Below, one piece after another: positions 27,538 to 37,820 of a DNA stretch of 64,000 bases. The translations under genes were made by a program, and so were the position numbers. The first letter of the stretch is position 1. Every line of letters begins with the position of its first letter. A model generated the notes under the pieces. The model did no database searches, was not told the DNA's origin, and saw only the letters and a list, made by a program, of their open reading frames with translations. Origin of the DNA: a phage; the sequence record PZ534512.1. One strand, given 5' to 3'.

Positions 27538-28023
27538 ATGATTACAGTAGATAAGTGGTTTAGAATTAATCGTGCTGATACAGTGCTGTGTAATTACTGG
27601 CCGGAACTTAGTGCAGGTACTGTCTTTAAAGTTCGTGAACTTGCAAAAGAATGTGAAGATGATATAGAGCCTGATACTGGAATTATTGAAATTGAACTTT
27701 CCGACGGAAAGATTATTAATATCTATGATAAGCCAATTACGTATTGGTGCTTATGGAATACTGAATCCGTTGAAAATGGCGAAATTGAAGAAGTTGTAGA
27801 GCGAACTAATCAAGTTGTTCAGAAGCCTAAAGCCGATTTTCAAGGTGAACGTATTTCATACGCATTAGCTAAATTAGCTGCACAAGAAAATAACGATGGC
27901 TATGAAGGAAATTTGATGCAAGCTGCGGCAGAATATATTGAATGGCTTGAAACCCAAATTTCTTTTTCTGACCAAAAGATTCGGCAATATAAGCGATTGA
28001 ATCAAATGTTTTACAATACTTGA
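27538..28023 (+). CDS. pin: Lon protease inhibitor PinA-like
   Basis: 161 aa from internal ATG; position immediately upstream of gene 49 as in T4. Confidence 0.55.
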   Translation: MITVDKWFRINRADTVLCNYWPELSAGTVFKVRELAKECEDDIEPDTGIIEIELSDGKIINIYDKPITYWCLWNTESVENGEIEEVVERTNQVVQKPKADFQGERISYALAKLAAQENNDGYEGNLMQAAAEYIEWLETQISFSDQKIRQYKRLNQMFYNT

Positions 28024-28064
28024 AAATAATAAATACCCTTATCTATTTAAGGTAAGGGTTTATT

Positions 28065-28538
28065 ATGTTATTGACTGGCAAATTATATAAAGAAGAAAAA
28101 CAGAAATTTTATGATGCGCAAAACGGTAAATGCTTAATTTGCCAACGAGAACTAAATCCTGATGTTCAAGCTAATCACCTCGATCATGACCATGAATTAA
28201 ATGGACCAAAAGCAGGAAAGGTACGTGGATTGCTTTGTAATCTCTGCAATGCTGCAGAAGGTCAAATGAAGCACAAATTTAATCGTTCTGGCTTAAAGGG
28301 ACAAGGTGTTGATTATCTTGAATGGTTAGAAAATTTACTTACTTATTTAAAATCCGATTACACCCAAAATAATATTCACCCTAACTTTGTTGGAGATAAA
28401 TCAAAGGAATTTTCTCGTTTAGGAAAAGAGGAAATGATGGCCGAGATGCTTCAAAGAGGATTTGAATATAATGAATCTGACACCAAAACACAGTTAATAG
28501 CTTCATTTAAGAAGCAGCTTAGAAAGAGTTTAAAATGA
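28065..28538 (+). CDS. 49: endonuclease VII (Holliday junction resolvase)
   Basis: 157 aa; zinc cluster CLICQ...CNLCN; H-N-H-like core; matches T4 gp49. Confidence 0.92.
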   Translation: MLLTGKLYKEEKQKFYDAQNGKCLICQRELNPDVQANHLDHDHELNGPKAGKVRGLLCNLCNAAEGQMKHKFNRSGLKGQGVDYLEWLENLLTYLKSDYTQNNIHPNFVGDKSKEFSRLGKEEMMAEMLQRGFEYNESDTKTQLIASFKKQLRKSLK

Positions 28539-30352
28539 CAATTGAAAAAGAAATTGAAGGATTGATTCATAAAACTAATAAAGACCTTTTAAACGAGAAT
28601 GCTAATAAAGATTCTCGTGTTTTTCCAACTCAACGGGACCTTATGGCTGGTATTGTGTCTAAACACATTGCCAAAAATATGGTCCCGTCTTTTATTATGA
28701 AAGCGCATGAAAGCGGAATTATTCATTTCCACGATATTGATTATTCCCCTGCTCTTCCATTTACTAATTGTTGTTTAGTAGATTTAAAAGGAATGCTTGA
28801 GAATGGATTTAAGCTTGGTAATGCGCAGATTGAAACTCCTAAATCAATTGGAGTTGCTACTGCAATTATGGCACAAATTACTGCACAGGTTGCTTCCCAT
28901 CAATACGGCGGAACGACTTTTGCTAATGTAGATAAAGTACTTTCTCCTTATGTTAAACGCACCTATGCAAAACATATTGAGGATGCAGAAAAATGGCAAA
29001 TCGCCGATGCACTGAATTATGCTCAATCTAAAACAGAAAAAGACGTATACGATGCATTCCAAGCTTATGAATATGAAGTAAATACTCTCTTTAGTTCAAA
29101 CGGACAAACGCCTTTTGTAACAATTACATTTGGTACGGGAACTGACTGGACTGAACGAATGATTCAGAAAGCAATTCTGAAAAATCGTATTAAAGGTCTT
29201 GGTCGTGATGGGATAACTCCTATTTTCCCTAAGCTTGTTATGTTCGTTGAAGAAGGTGTTAATCTTTATAAAGACGATCCGAACTATGATATTAAGCAGC
29301 TTGCTCTAGAGTGTGCAAGCAAAAGGATGTATCCTGATATTATTTCAGCTAAGAACAATAAAGCTATCACTGGTTCATCTGTTCCTGTTTCTCCAATGGG
29401 TTGCCGTAGTTTCTTGAGCGTATGGAAAGATTCGACTGGTAATGAAATTCTTGATGGACGTAATAATCTTGGTGTTGTAACACTGAATCTTCCTCGCATC
29501 GCGTTAGATTCTTATATTGGAACACAATTCAATGAACAGAAATTTGTTGAGCTATTTAATGAACGAATGGATTTATGTTTTGAAGCTTTGATGTGTAGAA
29601 TTAGTTCCTTAAAAGGAGTTAAAGCTACTGTTGCTCCTATTCTTTACCAAGAAGGTGCATTCGGGGTTCGTCTTAAACCTGATGACGACATAATTGAGTT
29701 ATTTAAAAACGGTAGAAGTTCAGTGTCCCTAGGATACATTGGTATTCACGAATTGAATATTCTTGTCGGTCGTGATATTGGACAAGAAATTTTAACTAAG
29801 ATGAATGCTCATCTTAAACAGTGGACTGAAAGAACTGGATTTGCTTTTAGTTTATATTCGACTCCTGCTGAAAACCTTTGTTATCGCTTCTGTAAACTTG
29901 ATACAGAAAAATATGGAAGTGTAAAAGATGTTACCGATAAAGGCTGGTACACTAACAGTTTCCATGTTTCAGTAGAAGAAAATATTACTCCGTTTGAAAA
30001 GATTTCTCGTGAAGCGCCATATCATTTCATTGCGACAGGTGGTCACATTTCTTATGTTGAACTTCCTGATATGAAAAATAACTTAAAAGGCCTTGAGGCC
30101 GTATGGGATTATGCTGCGCAACATTTAGATTATTTTGGTGTTAACATGCCGGTAGATAAATGTTTTACATGCGGAAGTACCCATGAAATGACTCCTACTG
30201 AAAACGGATTTGTTTGTTCTATTTGTGGAGAAACTGATCCTAAAAAGATGAATACAATAAGAAGAACATGTGGTTATTTGGGAAATCCGAACGAACGTGG
30301 ATTTAATCTCGGCAAAAATAAAGAAATCATGCATAGGGTTAAGCATCAATGA
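28535..30352 (+). CDS. nrdD: anaerobic ribonucleotide reductase NrdD, intron-less
   Basis: 605 aa continuous; C-terminal glycyl-radical motif RRTCGYLG and Zn site CTCGSTH...CSICG. Confidence 0.95.
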   Translation: MTIEKEIEGLIHKTNKDLLNENANKDSRVFPTQRDLMAGIVSKHIAKNMVPSFIMKAHESGIIHFHDIDYSPALPFTNCCLVDLKGMLENGFKLGNAQIETPKSIGVATAIMAQITAQVASHQYGGTTFANVDKVLSPYVKRTYAKHIEDAEKWQIADALNYAQSKTEKDVYDAFQAYEYEVNTLFSSNGQTPFVTITFGTGTDWTERMIQKAILKNRIKGLGRDGITPIFPKLVMFVEEGVNLYKDDPNYDIKQLALECASKRMYPDIISAKNNKAITGSSVPVSPMGCRSFLSVWKDSTGNEILDGRNNLGVVTLNLPRIALDSYIGTQFNEQKFVELFNERMDLCFEALMCRISSLKGVKATVAPILYQEGAFGVRLKPDDDIIELFKNGRSSVSLGYIGIHELNILVGRDIGQEILTKMNAHLKQWTERTGFAFSLYSTPAENLCYRFCKLDTEKYGSVKDVTDKGWYTNSFHVSVEENITPFEKISREAPYHFIATGGHISYVELPDMKNNLKGLEAVWDYAAQHLDYFGVNMPVDKCFTCGSTHEMTPTENGFVCSICGETDPKKMNTIRRTCGYLGNPNERGFNLGKNKEIMHRVKHQ

Positions 30353-30819
30353 ATTATGATAGATTTTATCCTTGCGATTTTGTGAATGGCCCTGGTTGCA
30401 GGGTCGTTCTTTTCGTTACAGGTTGTTTGCATAAATGCGAAGGGTGTTATAATAAATCAACATGGAATGCTAGAAATGGTATTCCATTCACTGGTGAAAC
30501 ACTAGAACAATTAATTGAATGTTTGAATAATGATTATATAGAAGGATTGACTATAACTGGAGGAGACCCTCTCTATCCGGATAATCGAGATGTTATTCAT
30601 TGCATTGTTCAAACAGTAAAAAATCTTTATCCCAATAAAAGCATTTGGTTGTGGACAGGATATAAGTTTGAAGATATTAAACAACTAGAAATGCTTAAAT
30701 ATGTTGATGTTATTATTGATGGGAAGTATGAGAAAAATCTTCCGACTAAAAAGCTGTGGCGAGGATCAGATAATCAGCAACTTTGGTCAAATACCGATGG
30801 GGTGTGGAAACATGATTAA
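30349..30819 (+). CDS. nrdG: NrdD activating enzyme (radical SAM) NrdG
   Basis: 156 aa; CxxxCxxC cluster CLHKCEGC; ATGA overlap with nrdD. Confidence 0.92.
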   Translation: MNYDRFYPCDFVNGPGCRVVLFVTGCLHKCEGCYNKSTWNARNGIPFTGETLEQLIECLNNDYIEGLTITGGDPLYPDNRDVIHCIVQTVKNLYPNKSIWLWTGYKFEDIKQLEMLKYVDVIIDGKYEKNLPTKKLWRGSDNQQLWSNTDGVWKHD

Positions 30820-30934
30820 ATTGAATTGCATTATGGATACTATAAATGATATGATTTTTCATTTTGGTCCAGAATTTTATTCTCAATATAGTTTAGTGCT
30901 TATCAATGCTTGGTTAATCAATTAAGGGTAAAAT

Positions 30935-31150
30935 ATGTATAAATTTCGTAAAGGTTTAGCTGATTTTCTTACAACTGTAACATTCTTTCTGTTTATGGCA
31001 GTTGGAGCTATTTTCCTTATTCCTTTTATTGCTATATTTTTCGTGATTAGTTTGATTTCTCCAGAAAAGGGCTTATCTTCTAGTGAGTTCAATGAGCGTC
31101 TGGATAAAATTACTAACAAGCTGAATTCTGTTCTTGATAAAAAGGCTTAA
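30935..31150 (+). CDS. small membrane protein (71 aa)
   Basis: AAGGGTAAAAT RBS; one TM helix. Confidence 0.5.
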   Translation: MYKFRKGLADFLTTVTFFLFMAVGAIFLIPFIAIFFVISLISPEKGLSSSEFNERLDKITNKLNSVLDKKA

Positions 31151-31152
31151 TT

Positions 31153-31464
31153 ATGATTAGTTTTGAGCGGTATGTGGTAGAGAGTTTGAAGGGTTTTGAT
31201 ATGTTCGGTAATGACTATTATTTTTACGAATGTAGTCTAAATCCTAGTTTTTGGGCTGGACGTGAACGAGATCTCGAAGAAATTAATGCTCGTGCCGAAT
31301 TGTTAGGTGAACTGCCTACGGTTTATTTTACCTTTGATGCATCTGGATTTGTTATCCAGGTTTATTTTCCTGAAGAAAACTCTGGTGAGGATTCTGTTAA
31401 TCCTCCTTATTGGGCTTACCAAGGAATTATTTCTCGTGGAACAAAACTTGAACTTAAAGAATAA
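31153..31464 (+). CDS. hypothetical protein (103 aa)
   Basis: tight spacing to upstream gene. Confidence 0.5.
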   Translation: MISFERYVVESLKGFDMFGNDYYFYECSLNPSFWAGRERDLEEINARAELLGELPTVYFTFDASGFVIQVYFPEENSGEDSVNPPYWAYQGIISRGTKLELKE

Positions 31465-31759
31465 GATTGAAGTCTATGGAATTCCAGATGAAGTAGGTCG
31501 TTGTCCTGGATGTCAATCAGTTACAAAACTTCTAAAGGAGCTCAATGCTCCTTTTACTTTCTATAAAGTTCTTACAAATAATGGTAAGATTGAGTATGAT
31601 CGTCCACTGATTGTATCTCTTGCTAAACGCGCTGGATTCACATCTCTTAACATTCGTTATCCAGTCATTTTCATTAATGATTCTAGACAAAAGAACATTA
31701 AACACTTCAAAGAAACTCTCATTTCACTTGGATATGATAGAGATATCATAGAAGATTAA
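31433..31759 (+). CDS. nrdH: glutaredoxin-like NrdH-type redoxin
   Basis: CPGC motif in IEVYGIPDEVGRCPGCQSV; no in-frame ATG, so GTG 31433 proposed (TTG 31445 or ATT 31466 possible). Confidence 0.55.
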   Translation, partial: LVEQNLNLKNKIEVYGIPDEVGRCPGCQSVTKLLKELNAPFTFYKVLTNNGKIEYDRPLIVSLAKRAGFTSLNIRYPVIFINDSRQKNIKHFKETLISLGYDRDIIED

Positions 31760-31762
31760 GAC

Positions 31763-31784
31763 GGGCCCTCTGGGCCTTTCTTTC
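31763..31784 (+). terminator. hairpin terminator
   Basis: gggccc-tct-gggcc then tttctttc. Confidence 0.5.
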
Positions 31785-31857
31785 TCACATTCTGTATATT
31801 ACCATTCTAAGCTATCGTTCCTTTCTTATCATTCCCTAAAATATTTTTCACAAAGTT

Positions 31858-31887
31858 GTTTACAACAAGTTCAAACCATGGTATTAT
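31858..31887 (+). promoter_or_regulatory. T4-type early promoter
   Basis: atttttcacaaagttGTTTAC-N18-TATTAT. Confidence 0.6.
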
Positions 31888-31917
31888 TAACATATGAATT
31901 ACCTTTGAGGAATTGAT

Positions 31918-32100
31918 ATGGTTGTAGTTGATAAAGAAATTAAAAAGGGACAGTATTATCTCATTAATGGTAATGCTGTTCGTGTTACTCATGTAAATAG
32001 TTTTGAAGTTTGCTATATTATACTCAAGTTACATAAACGCATGATTTGCGATCGTGCTGCATTTAGTTCAGTTGCTAAGGAAATTAAACTCCATGGGTAA
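31918..32100 (+). CDS. hypothetical protein (60 aa)
   Basis: GAGGAATTGAT RBS. Confidence 0.5.
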   Translation: MVVVDKEIKKGQYYLINGNAVRVTHVNSFEVCYIILKLHKRMICDRAAFSSVAKEIKLHG

Positions 32101-32386
32101 AACGTATCGTCGTAAAGACTTAAAAGTGCGTGATTATGACTATTTCGGAAAGCGTAAAGCTCCTGATGGGGTAAGTCATAAAGATATGGTTGAAAACATT
32201 TTTCGCTCAGATAAATGGCGTAGAATGAAAGGTATTGATTCAGAAGTTAAAGATGAGCTAAATCGCCAATTACGTGGTGAAGTAAGAAAGTTGAAAAAAT
32301 CAGTTTACATTGACGATGATTTTGATTATAATACTTCTCAACGAGTTGCTAAACGTAAATCAAACGAGTGTTATCGTTACAGCTGA
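32093..32386 (+). CDS. basic hypothetical protein (97 aa)
   Basis: ORF-track start is GTG; ATG 32093 has AAGGAAA RBS. Confidence 0.45.
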   Translation: MGKTYRRKDLKVRDYDYFGKRKAPDGVSHKDMVENIFRSDKWRRMKGIDSEVKDELNRQLRGEVRKLKKSVYIDDDFDYNTSQRVAKRKSNECYRYS

Positions 32387-32393
32387 GGAAATT

Positions 32394-32525
32394 ATGAATA
32401 TCAAACGAATGCTTTTTAAGCAGGGGTTATACACTTTAAATGTTACTCCAAAAGGTGATACAACTAAGTGGTCAGTAAATGACTGGATTAAATTTATTGA
32501 TGAAAACGGTAACTGGAAAATTTAA
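32394..32525 (+). CDS. small hypothetical protein (43 aa)
   Basis: GAGGAAATT RBS then ATG. Confidence 0.4.
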   Translation: MNIKRMLFKQGLYTLNVTPKGDTTKWSVNDWIKFIDENGNWKI

Positions 32526-32726
32526 ATGAATCCTGAATCTAAATTATCACAACGAATTGCCGAATCTCGTCGTCAGTTCTTTGAAAATATGATAGCCCAA
32601 GGTATTGATGATGAAGTTTTTCTAAACTGGTTTTGGAATCACAAATATTCAAGTTGCTCAGGAGCAATATTAATATCAGCCGCAATGATGTATGAAGGCT
32701 GGAAGGGTGCCAAAAAGTTTAGCTAA
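32526..32726 (+). CDS. hypothetical protein (66 aa)
   Basis: TAAATG coupling. Confidence 0.45.
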   Translation: MNPESKLSQRIAESRRQFFENMIAQGIDDEVFLNWFWNHKYSSCSGAILISAAMMYEGWKGAKKFS

Positions 32727-32743
32727 GGGCTTCGGCCCTTTTT
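32725..32743 (+). terminator. UUCG-loop hairpin terminator
   Basis: aagggc-ttcg-gccctt then ttt. Confidence 0.6.
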
Positions 32744-32778
32744 GGATAATAAAATTTTAACGTAATTGAGGATAATTT

Positions 32779-33105
32779 ATGACTATTCAAATTAAAAACG
32801 CCATCAATTCTTACGCATATGATAAAGTAGTTTCTTTGCTAGAAAAAGGCGATATTGTAACTCCTCAAATTTTGGATAAATGGGAAAAAGAGCTTCATCA
32901 GACGATGAAACAGAATGATCAGAAGATTGGACGTAATACTATCCGTGAATTGTTGGTTCAATATATCTTGTCAGAATTTGATGTTAAAGCTTTTGGTGTA
33001 GAATCTAAAGCTTATCAAAAGCATGAAATTTCCGATAAAACTATTCGTCGCATGAAAAATCAACGCAAGAAAAAATTTGCAGACCTGAAAATTACTAAGG
33101 TATAA
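32779..33105 (+). CDS. hypothetical protein (108 aa)
   Basis: TGAGGATAA RBS. Confidence 0.5.
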   Translation: MTIQIKNAINSYAYDKVVSLLEKGDIVTPQILDKWEKELHQTMKQNDQKIGRNTIRELLVQYILSEFDVKAFGVESKAYQKHEISDKTIRRMKNQRKKKFADLKITKV

Positions 33106-33107
33106 TT

Positions 33108-33323
33108 ATGAACGAAGCTCTTATTAACGATTTGCGTCTTGCCGGATATGAAGTAAATACAAACGGCAATGGTTTAACTCAAATTGAAGGAAATGGATTC
33201 ATCCTTGAGTATGAATTTAGCCAATGGTGGTTATATGCCAATTATGGCGAATTGATTGAATATGTTGACCAATTTGATTCACTAGATGCAGCTCTTGAAG
33301 CGGCTAAGTTGATGAATGTATGA
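33108..33323 (+). CDS. hypothetical protein (71 aa)
   Basis: tight coupling. Confidence 0.45.
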   Translation: MNEALINDLRLAGYEVNTNGNGLTQIEGNGFILEYEFSQWWLYANYGELIEYVDQFDSLDAALEAAKLMNV

Positions 33324-33589
33324 AATTTATTAATATTTCTATTACTATTGAAAATTATGGCATTTTCTATGTTGACCAATACATGAAAATTTCATTTTTC
33401 CCAAATAAGACTGGTGTTGGATATTGGGAAAGTCATGTTTCTGAATTAAATGAAAGTGAATATGTTAGTACACATGAAAAGTTTTTAGACTTTTTATATC
33501 ATGCTGATTTAACTAGTCATTATATAGATATTCATGAATTTAAAAAGATGATGGAAAAAGTATTCCAAGCATACTGTTTACTTAGATAA
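33320..33589 (+). CDS. hypothetical protein (89 aa)
   Basis: ATGA overlap. Confidence 0.45.
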   Translation: MKFINISITIENYGIFYVDQYMKISFFPNKTGVGYWESHVSELNESEYVSTHEKFLDFLYHADLTSHYIDIHEFKKMMEKVFQAYCLLR

Positions 33590-33667
33590 CTGATATCCTC
33601 TATGCTTTAAGATAGATCTTCAAATATTATGATATAATAGATCTATGAATTGAGCTAAGAGGTGAAA

Positions 33668-34225
33668 ATGTCAGAAACTAAGCCTAAATATAATTACGTA
33701 AACAATAAAGAGCTTTTACAAGCTATTATTGATTGGAAAACAGAATTAGCAAATAATAAAGACCCAAATAAAGTAGTTCGTCAAAATGATACTATTGGAT
33801 TAGCCATTATGCTTATTGCAGAAGGCTTATCTAAACGTTTCAACTTTTCAGGATACACCCAGTCTTGGAAACAAGAAATGATTGCAGATGGTATAGAAGC
33901 TTCTATTAAGGGGCTTCATAATTTTGATGAAACGAAATATAAAAACCCACATGCGTATATAACTCAAGCTTGTTTTAATGCATTCGTCCAGCGTATTAAA
34001 AAAGAACGTAAGGAAGTTGCAAAGAAATATAGTTACTTCGTTCACAATGTCTATGACAGCCGTGACGACGATATGGTTGCGTTAGTAGATGAAACTTTTA
34101 TTCAAGACATCTATGATAAAATGACGCATTACGAAGAATCAACCTATAGAACACCGGGGGCTGAAAAGAAAAGTGTTGTAGACGATTCTCCTAGTTTGGA
34201 TTTTTTATATGAGGCTAACGATTAA
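33668..34225 (+). CDS. 55: late-transcription sigma factor gp55
   Basis: 185 aa from [17 protein letters not shown]; matches T4 gp55 as I recall it. Confidence 0.9.
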
Positions 34226-34427
34226 CCTCTCCGGATTCTTGGAAGAAATACCTGAAGTTGAAGCTATTCCCTATTTACTTAAAATGTATCTCAGGGAAGT
34301 TTTAGCTCTTGACATTGATATTGATCCAGAAAATCCGTATGATACCGCTTTTAAATCTAATGGTGTAGAATTAAATTACAGGTATCATTTAACAGATGAT
34401 GATTTTTATTTTATACTAGAGAAATAA
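34209..34427 (+). CDS. hypothetical protein (72 aa)
   Basis: overlaps end of 55. Confidence 0.45.
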
Positions 34428-34428
34428 T

Positions 34429-34746
34429 ATGACTGATAAACCCGAAATTAATGATGAAGTGGAAAAGCTTATTTCTTCTATTGAAGAAAAGAACCGTCTT
34501 GAAGCAGAAAGAAAAGCAAATAAGTTATTGTCTAAAAACAAACGCGAACTGAATCGTCTTTATAAGCACGCTCAGACTGCAGCTGAAAACAATAATTTTG
34601 CTCAATACGAATATGCTATCAAGAAAAGTCGGGATATTCTAAAACAGCCATATAACGATGAACTCATCAGTATTCTTTGGAAGACTACTAGATCGCAAAT
34701 TGAGGATATGATTGATGCTTACACACGTAAAATTCAAGCGTCTTAA
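34429..34746 (+). CDS. hypothetical coiled-coil protein (105 aa)
   Basis: tight coupling. Confidence 0.5.
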   Translation: MTDKPEINDEVEKLISSIEEKNRLEAERKANKLLSKNKRELNRLYKHAQTAAENNNFAQYEYAIKKSRDILKQPYNDELISILWKTTRSQIEDMIDAYTRKIQAS

Positions 34747-34918
34747 AATTAATGCAGGATTTACTGAATCTTTGAATGGTCATCTTTGTGTGAAAATTTC
34801 TGAAAAAGAATACCATGATAGTTCAATTAAAGAAGTTAATCCTCCTATTGTAAGAGCAGACCCTAATATGAAAGTGTGGGTTGATTCTTATCAAGTCAAA
34901 AAATGGTGGCAGTTATGA
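34715..34918 (+). CDS. hypothetical protein (67 aa)
   Basis: ORF-track start is TTG; first ATG at 34715. Confidence 0.35.
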   Translation: MLTHVKFKRLKINAGFTESLNGHLCVKISEKEYHDSSIKEVNPPIVRADPNMKVWVDSYQVKKWWQL

Positions 34919-35112
34919 AAGATGAACACCCAGACTTCTGAAATAGATTATAATAAAATTCGTTCCTCTAAAGAGGAAATGATGAGACTCTTTAAAGCGT
35001 CTCATGATAAAGCTAAAGCAGAAGGAACTATAAAATATAAGCGCATAAAATTTAAAAGTTCTAACGAGCCTCTGTATGGCGTATTATGTGGATAGGAGCT
35101 TCGGCTCCTATA

Positions 35113-35137
35113 TTGCTTTATAAATTTTTGGTAAAAT
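35113..35137 (+). promoter_or_regulatory. MotA-dependent middle promoter candidate
   Basis: MotA box TTGCTTTA, 11 nt spacer, -10 TAAAAT; upstream of a-gt. Confidence 0.5.
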
Positions 35138-35161
35138 AAACCAAAACAAAGAGGATATTAA

Positions 35162-36364
35162 ATGAAAGTATGTATTTTTATGGCTCGAGGTCTTGAAGGT
35201 TGTGGTGTAACTAAATTTTCTCTTGAGCAACGTGATTGGTTTATTAAGAATGGTCATGAAGTAACTTTGGTTTATGCTAAAGATAAATCATTTACTCGTA
35301 ATTGCGCGCATGATTATAAATCATTTTCAATTCCGGTTTTATTGGCAAAAGAATATGATAAAACACTTAAGCTGGTAAATGATTGTGATATTCTAATTAT
35401 CAATTCAGTTCCTGCTACTTCGGTTGAAGAAGACACTATTAATAACTATAAAAAAATTATTGATAACATTAAACCTTCTGTTCGTGTTGTAGTTTATCAA
35501 CATGACCATTCTTCTCTTTCTTTGCGCCGAAATTTGGGATTAGAAGAAACTGTTCGTCGAGCTGATGTTATTTTTAGCCATTCTGATAATGGTGATTTTA
35601 ATAAAGTTCTGATGAAAGAATGGTATCCTGAAACAGTTTCTCTGTTTGATGATATTGAAGAAGCACCGACAGTATATAACTTTCAGCCTCCTATGGATAT
35701 TGCGAAGGTTCGGTCAACCTACTGGAAAGATGTTTCTGAAATTAACATGAATATCAATCGTTGGATTGGTCGTACGACTACATGGAAAGGTTTTTATCAG
35801 ATGTTTGATTTTCATGAAAAACATCTTAAACCTGCAGGACTAAGTACTATTATGGAAGGTCTGGAACGTTCTCCAGCGTTCATTCCTATTAAAGAAAAAG
35901 GAATTCCATACGAGTATTATCGTCTTCATCAAGTAGACCAAATTAAAATTGCTCCTAATTTGCCAACGCAAATTCTTGACCGTTATGTAAATAGCGAAAT
36001 GCTTGAACGTATGAGTAAATCCGGATTTGGTTATCAGTTGAGTAAGTTGGATAAAAAATATCTACAGCGCTCTTTAGAATATACTCATCTCGAGCTTGGT
36101 GCATGTGGAACAATTCCGGTATTTTGGAAATCTACTGGCGAAAATTTAAAATTCCGTGTTGATAATACTCCTTTGACCTCGCATGATAGCGGTATCATTT
36201 GGTTTGATGAAAATGATATGGAATCAACATTTGAACGTATTAAAGAACTGTCATCTGACCGAGCTCTTTATGACCGTGAGCGTGAAAAAGCATATGAATT
36301 TTTGTATCAGCATCAAGATTCAAGCTTCTGCTTTAAAGAACAGTTTGACATTATTACAAAATAA
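35162..36364 (+). CDS. agt: DNA alpha-glucosyltransferase
   Basis: 400 aa; close match to T4 a-gt as I recall it. Confidence 0.9.
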   Translation: MKVCIFMARGLEGCGVTKFSLEQRDWFIKNGHEVTLVYAKDKSFTRNCAHDYKSFSIPVLLAKEYDKTLKLVNDCDILIINSVPATSVEEDTINNYKKIIDNIKPSVRVVVYQHDHSSLSLRRNLGLEETVRRADVIFSHSDNGDFNKVLMKEWYPETVSLFDDIEEAPTVYNFQPPMDIAKVRSTYWKDVSEINMNINRWIGRTTTWKGFYQMFDFHEKHLKPAGLSTIMEGLERSPAFIPIKEKGIPYEYYRLHQVDQIKIAPNLPTQILDRYVNSEMLERMSKSGFGYQLSKLDKKYLQRSLEYTHLELGACGTIPVFWKSTGENLKFRVDNTPLTSHDSGIIWFDENDMESTFERIKELSSDRALYDREREKAYEFLYQHQDSSFCFKEQFDIITK

Positions 36365-36403
36365 AGGGCTTCGTCCCTTTAGCTTTATACGGAGTTTGAT
36401 ATA

Positions 36404-36544
36404 ATGATATTTCTTGGATATGTGATACTTTTTCTTGCATTTTATCTATTCACTAGAGCATGTTGGATTGGGTTCTTTAGCACTCCAGATGGATTTATTT
36501 CAATAATTTTATTTTGCATTTCAATGACGGTTCTTGATATATGA
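36404..36544 (+). CDS. 46-aa hydrophobic peptide
   Basis: GGAG RBS; ATGA overlap with gene 47 start. Confidence 0.4.
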   Translation: MIFLGYVILFLAFYLFTRACWIGFFSTPDGFISIILFCISMTVLDI

Positions 36545-37560
36545 AAATTTTAAATTTAGGTGATTGGCATTTAGGCGTTAAAGCCGATGATGAGTGGGTT
36601 CAATCCATTCAGTTGGATGGAATTAAGCAAGCGATAGAATATTCTAAGAAAAATGGAATTACTACCTGGATTCAATACGGCGATATTTTTGATGTGCGAA
36701 AAGCAATCACGCATAAAACTATGGAGTTCGCTCGTGAAATAGTTCAAATGCTTGATGATGCTGGTATTACCCTACATACTGTTGTAGGAAACCATGATAT
36801 GCACTTTAAAAATACTTTAACTCCAAATGCCTCTACTGAGCTTTTGGCTAAATATCCTAATGTTAAAGTATATGATAAGCCTACTACAGTAGATTTTGAC
36901 GGATGTTTAATTGATTTAATTCCTTGGATGTGTGAAGAAAATACTGGTGAAATTCTTGAACACATCAAAACTTCATCTGCTTCTTTTTGCGTTGGTCACT
37001 GGGAACTGAACGGATTTTATTTTTATAAAGGAATGAAATCTCATGGTCTTGAACCTGATTTCCTTAAGACTTATAAAGAAGTGTGGTCTGGTCACTTCCA
37101 TACTATCTCTGAGGCTGCTAACGTCAGATATATTGGGACACCATGGACACTAACTGCAGGTGACGAGAATGACCCTCGTGGGTTCTGGATGTTTGATACA
37201 GAAACAGAACGAATGGAATTTATTCCAAACAATACTACCTGGCATCGTAGAATTCATTATCCATTTAAAGGAAAAATTGACTATAAAGATTTTACAAATC
37301 TATCAGTACGTGTTATAGTAACTGAAGTAGACAAAAATCTAACGAAGTTCGAATCTGAACTAGAAAAAGTTGTGCATTCATTACGAGTTGTGTCAAAAAT
37401 TGATAACTCTGTCGAGTCAGATGAAAGTGAAGAAGTTGAAGTTCAATCTCTTCAGACGTTGATGGAAGAATACATTAATGCAATTCCAGACATCACTGAT
37501 TCTGACCGTGAAGCACTTATTCAATATGCAAATCAGTTATATGTAGAGGCAACACAATGA
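36541..37560 (+). CDS. 47: recombination endonuclease subunit gp47 (Mre11-like)
   Basis: 339 aa; phosphoesterase motifs LGDWHLG, GNHD, GHWE. Confidence 0.93.
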   Translation: MKILNLGDWHLGVKADDEWVQSIQLDGIKQAIEYSKKNGITTWIQYGDIFDVRKAITHKTMEFAREIVQMLDDAGITLHTVVGNHDMHFKNTLTPNASTELLAKYPNVKVYDKPTTVDFDGCLIDLIPWMCEENTGEILEHIKTSSASFCVGHWELNGFYFYKGMKSHGLEPDFLKTYKEVWSGHFHTISEAANVRYIGTPWTLTAGDENDPRGFWMFDTETERMEFIPNNTTWHRRIHYPFKGKIDYKDFTNLSVRVIVTEVDKNLTKFESELEKVVHSLRVVSKIDNSVESDESEEVEVQSLQTLMEEYINAIPDITDSDREALIQYANQLYVEATQ

Positions 37561-37820
37561 CTTTTGATGAATTTAAAAATGTTATGATGAGTCAGCATTT
37601 TGAATGCGAAGTAAAAGATGATATTGGGCATAAAGAAATTATTGAATATTGGTTTGAACCACTAGAGGTTGAAGATAATTGTATTAAAAAGGTTACAGTC
37701 TGCACTGACTGGGCTGTATCTTTTAACTTCAACATTTTAGATAATGACACACCTAAATCATTACGAGATATGGCTGTATCTTGTATTAAGGATGCATACT
37801 GTGAAGTTTTCGACATTTGA
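37557..37820 (+). CDS. hypothetical protein (87 aa)
   Basis: ATGA overlap with gene 47. Confidence 0.5.
   Translation: MTFDEFKNVMMSQHFECEVKDDIGHKEIIEYWFEPLEVEDNCIKKVTVCTDWAVSFNFNILDNDTPKSLRDMAVSCIKDAYCEVFDI

Noticed and set aside
28535-30352. Possible group I intron in nrdD, as in T4
   Set aside because: NrdD is one uninterrupted 605-codon frame here and no endonuclease ORF interrupts it, so no intron is present.
30820-30934. tataaatg at about 30840 as a late promoter
   Set aside because: It deviates from TATAAATA at the last position and has no obvious downstream late gene.
31307-31465. N-terminal 53 residues of ORF 31307-31759
   Set aside because: This part overlaps gene 31153-31464 in another frame and is hydrophobic junk; only the C-terminal redoxin domain is real.
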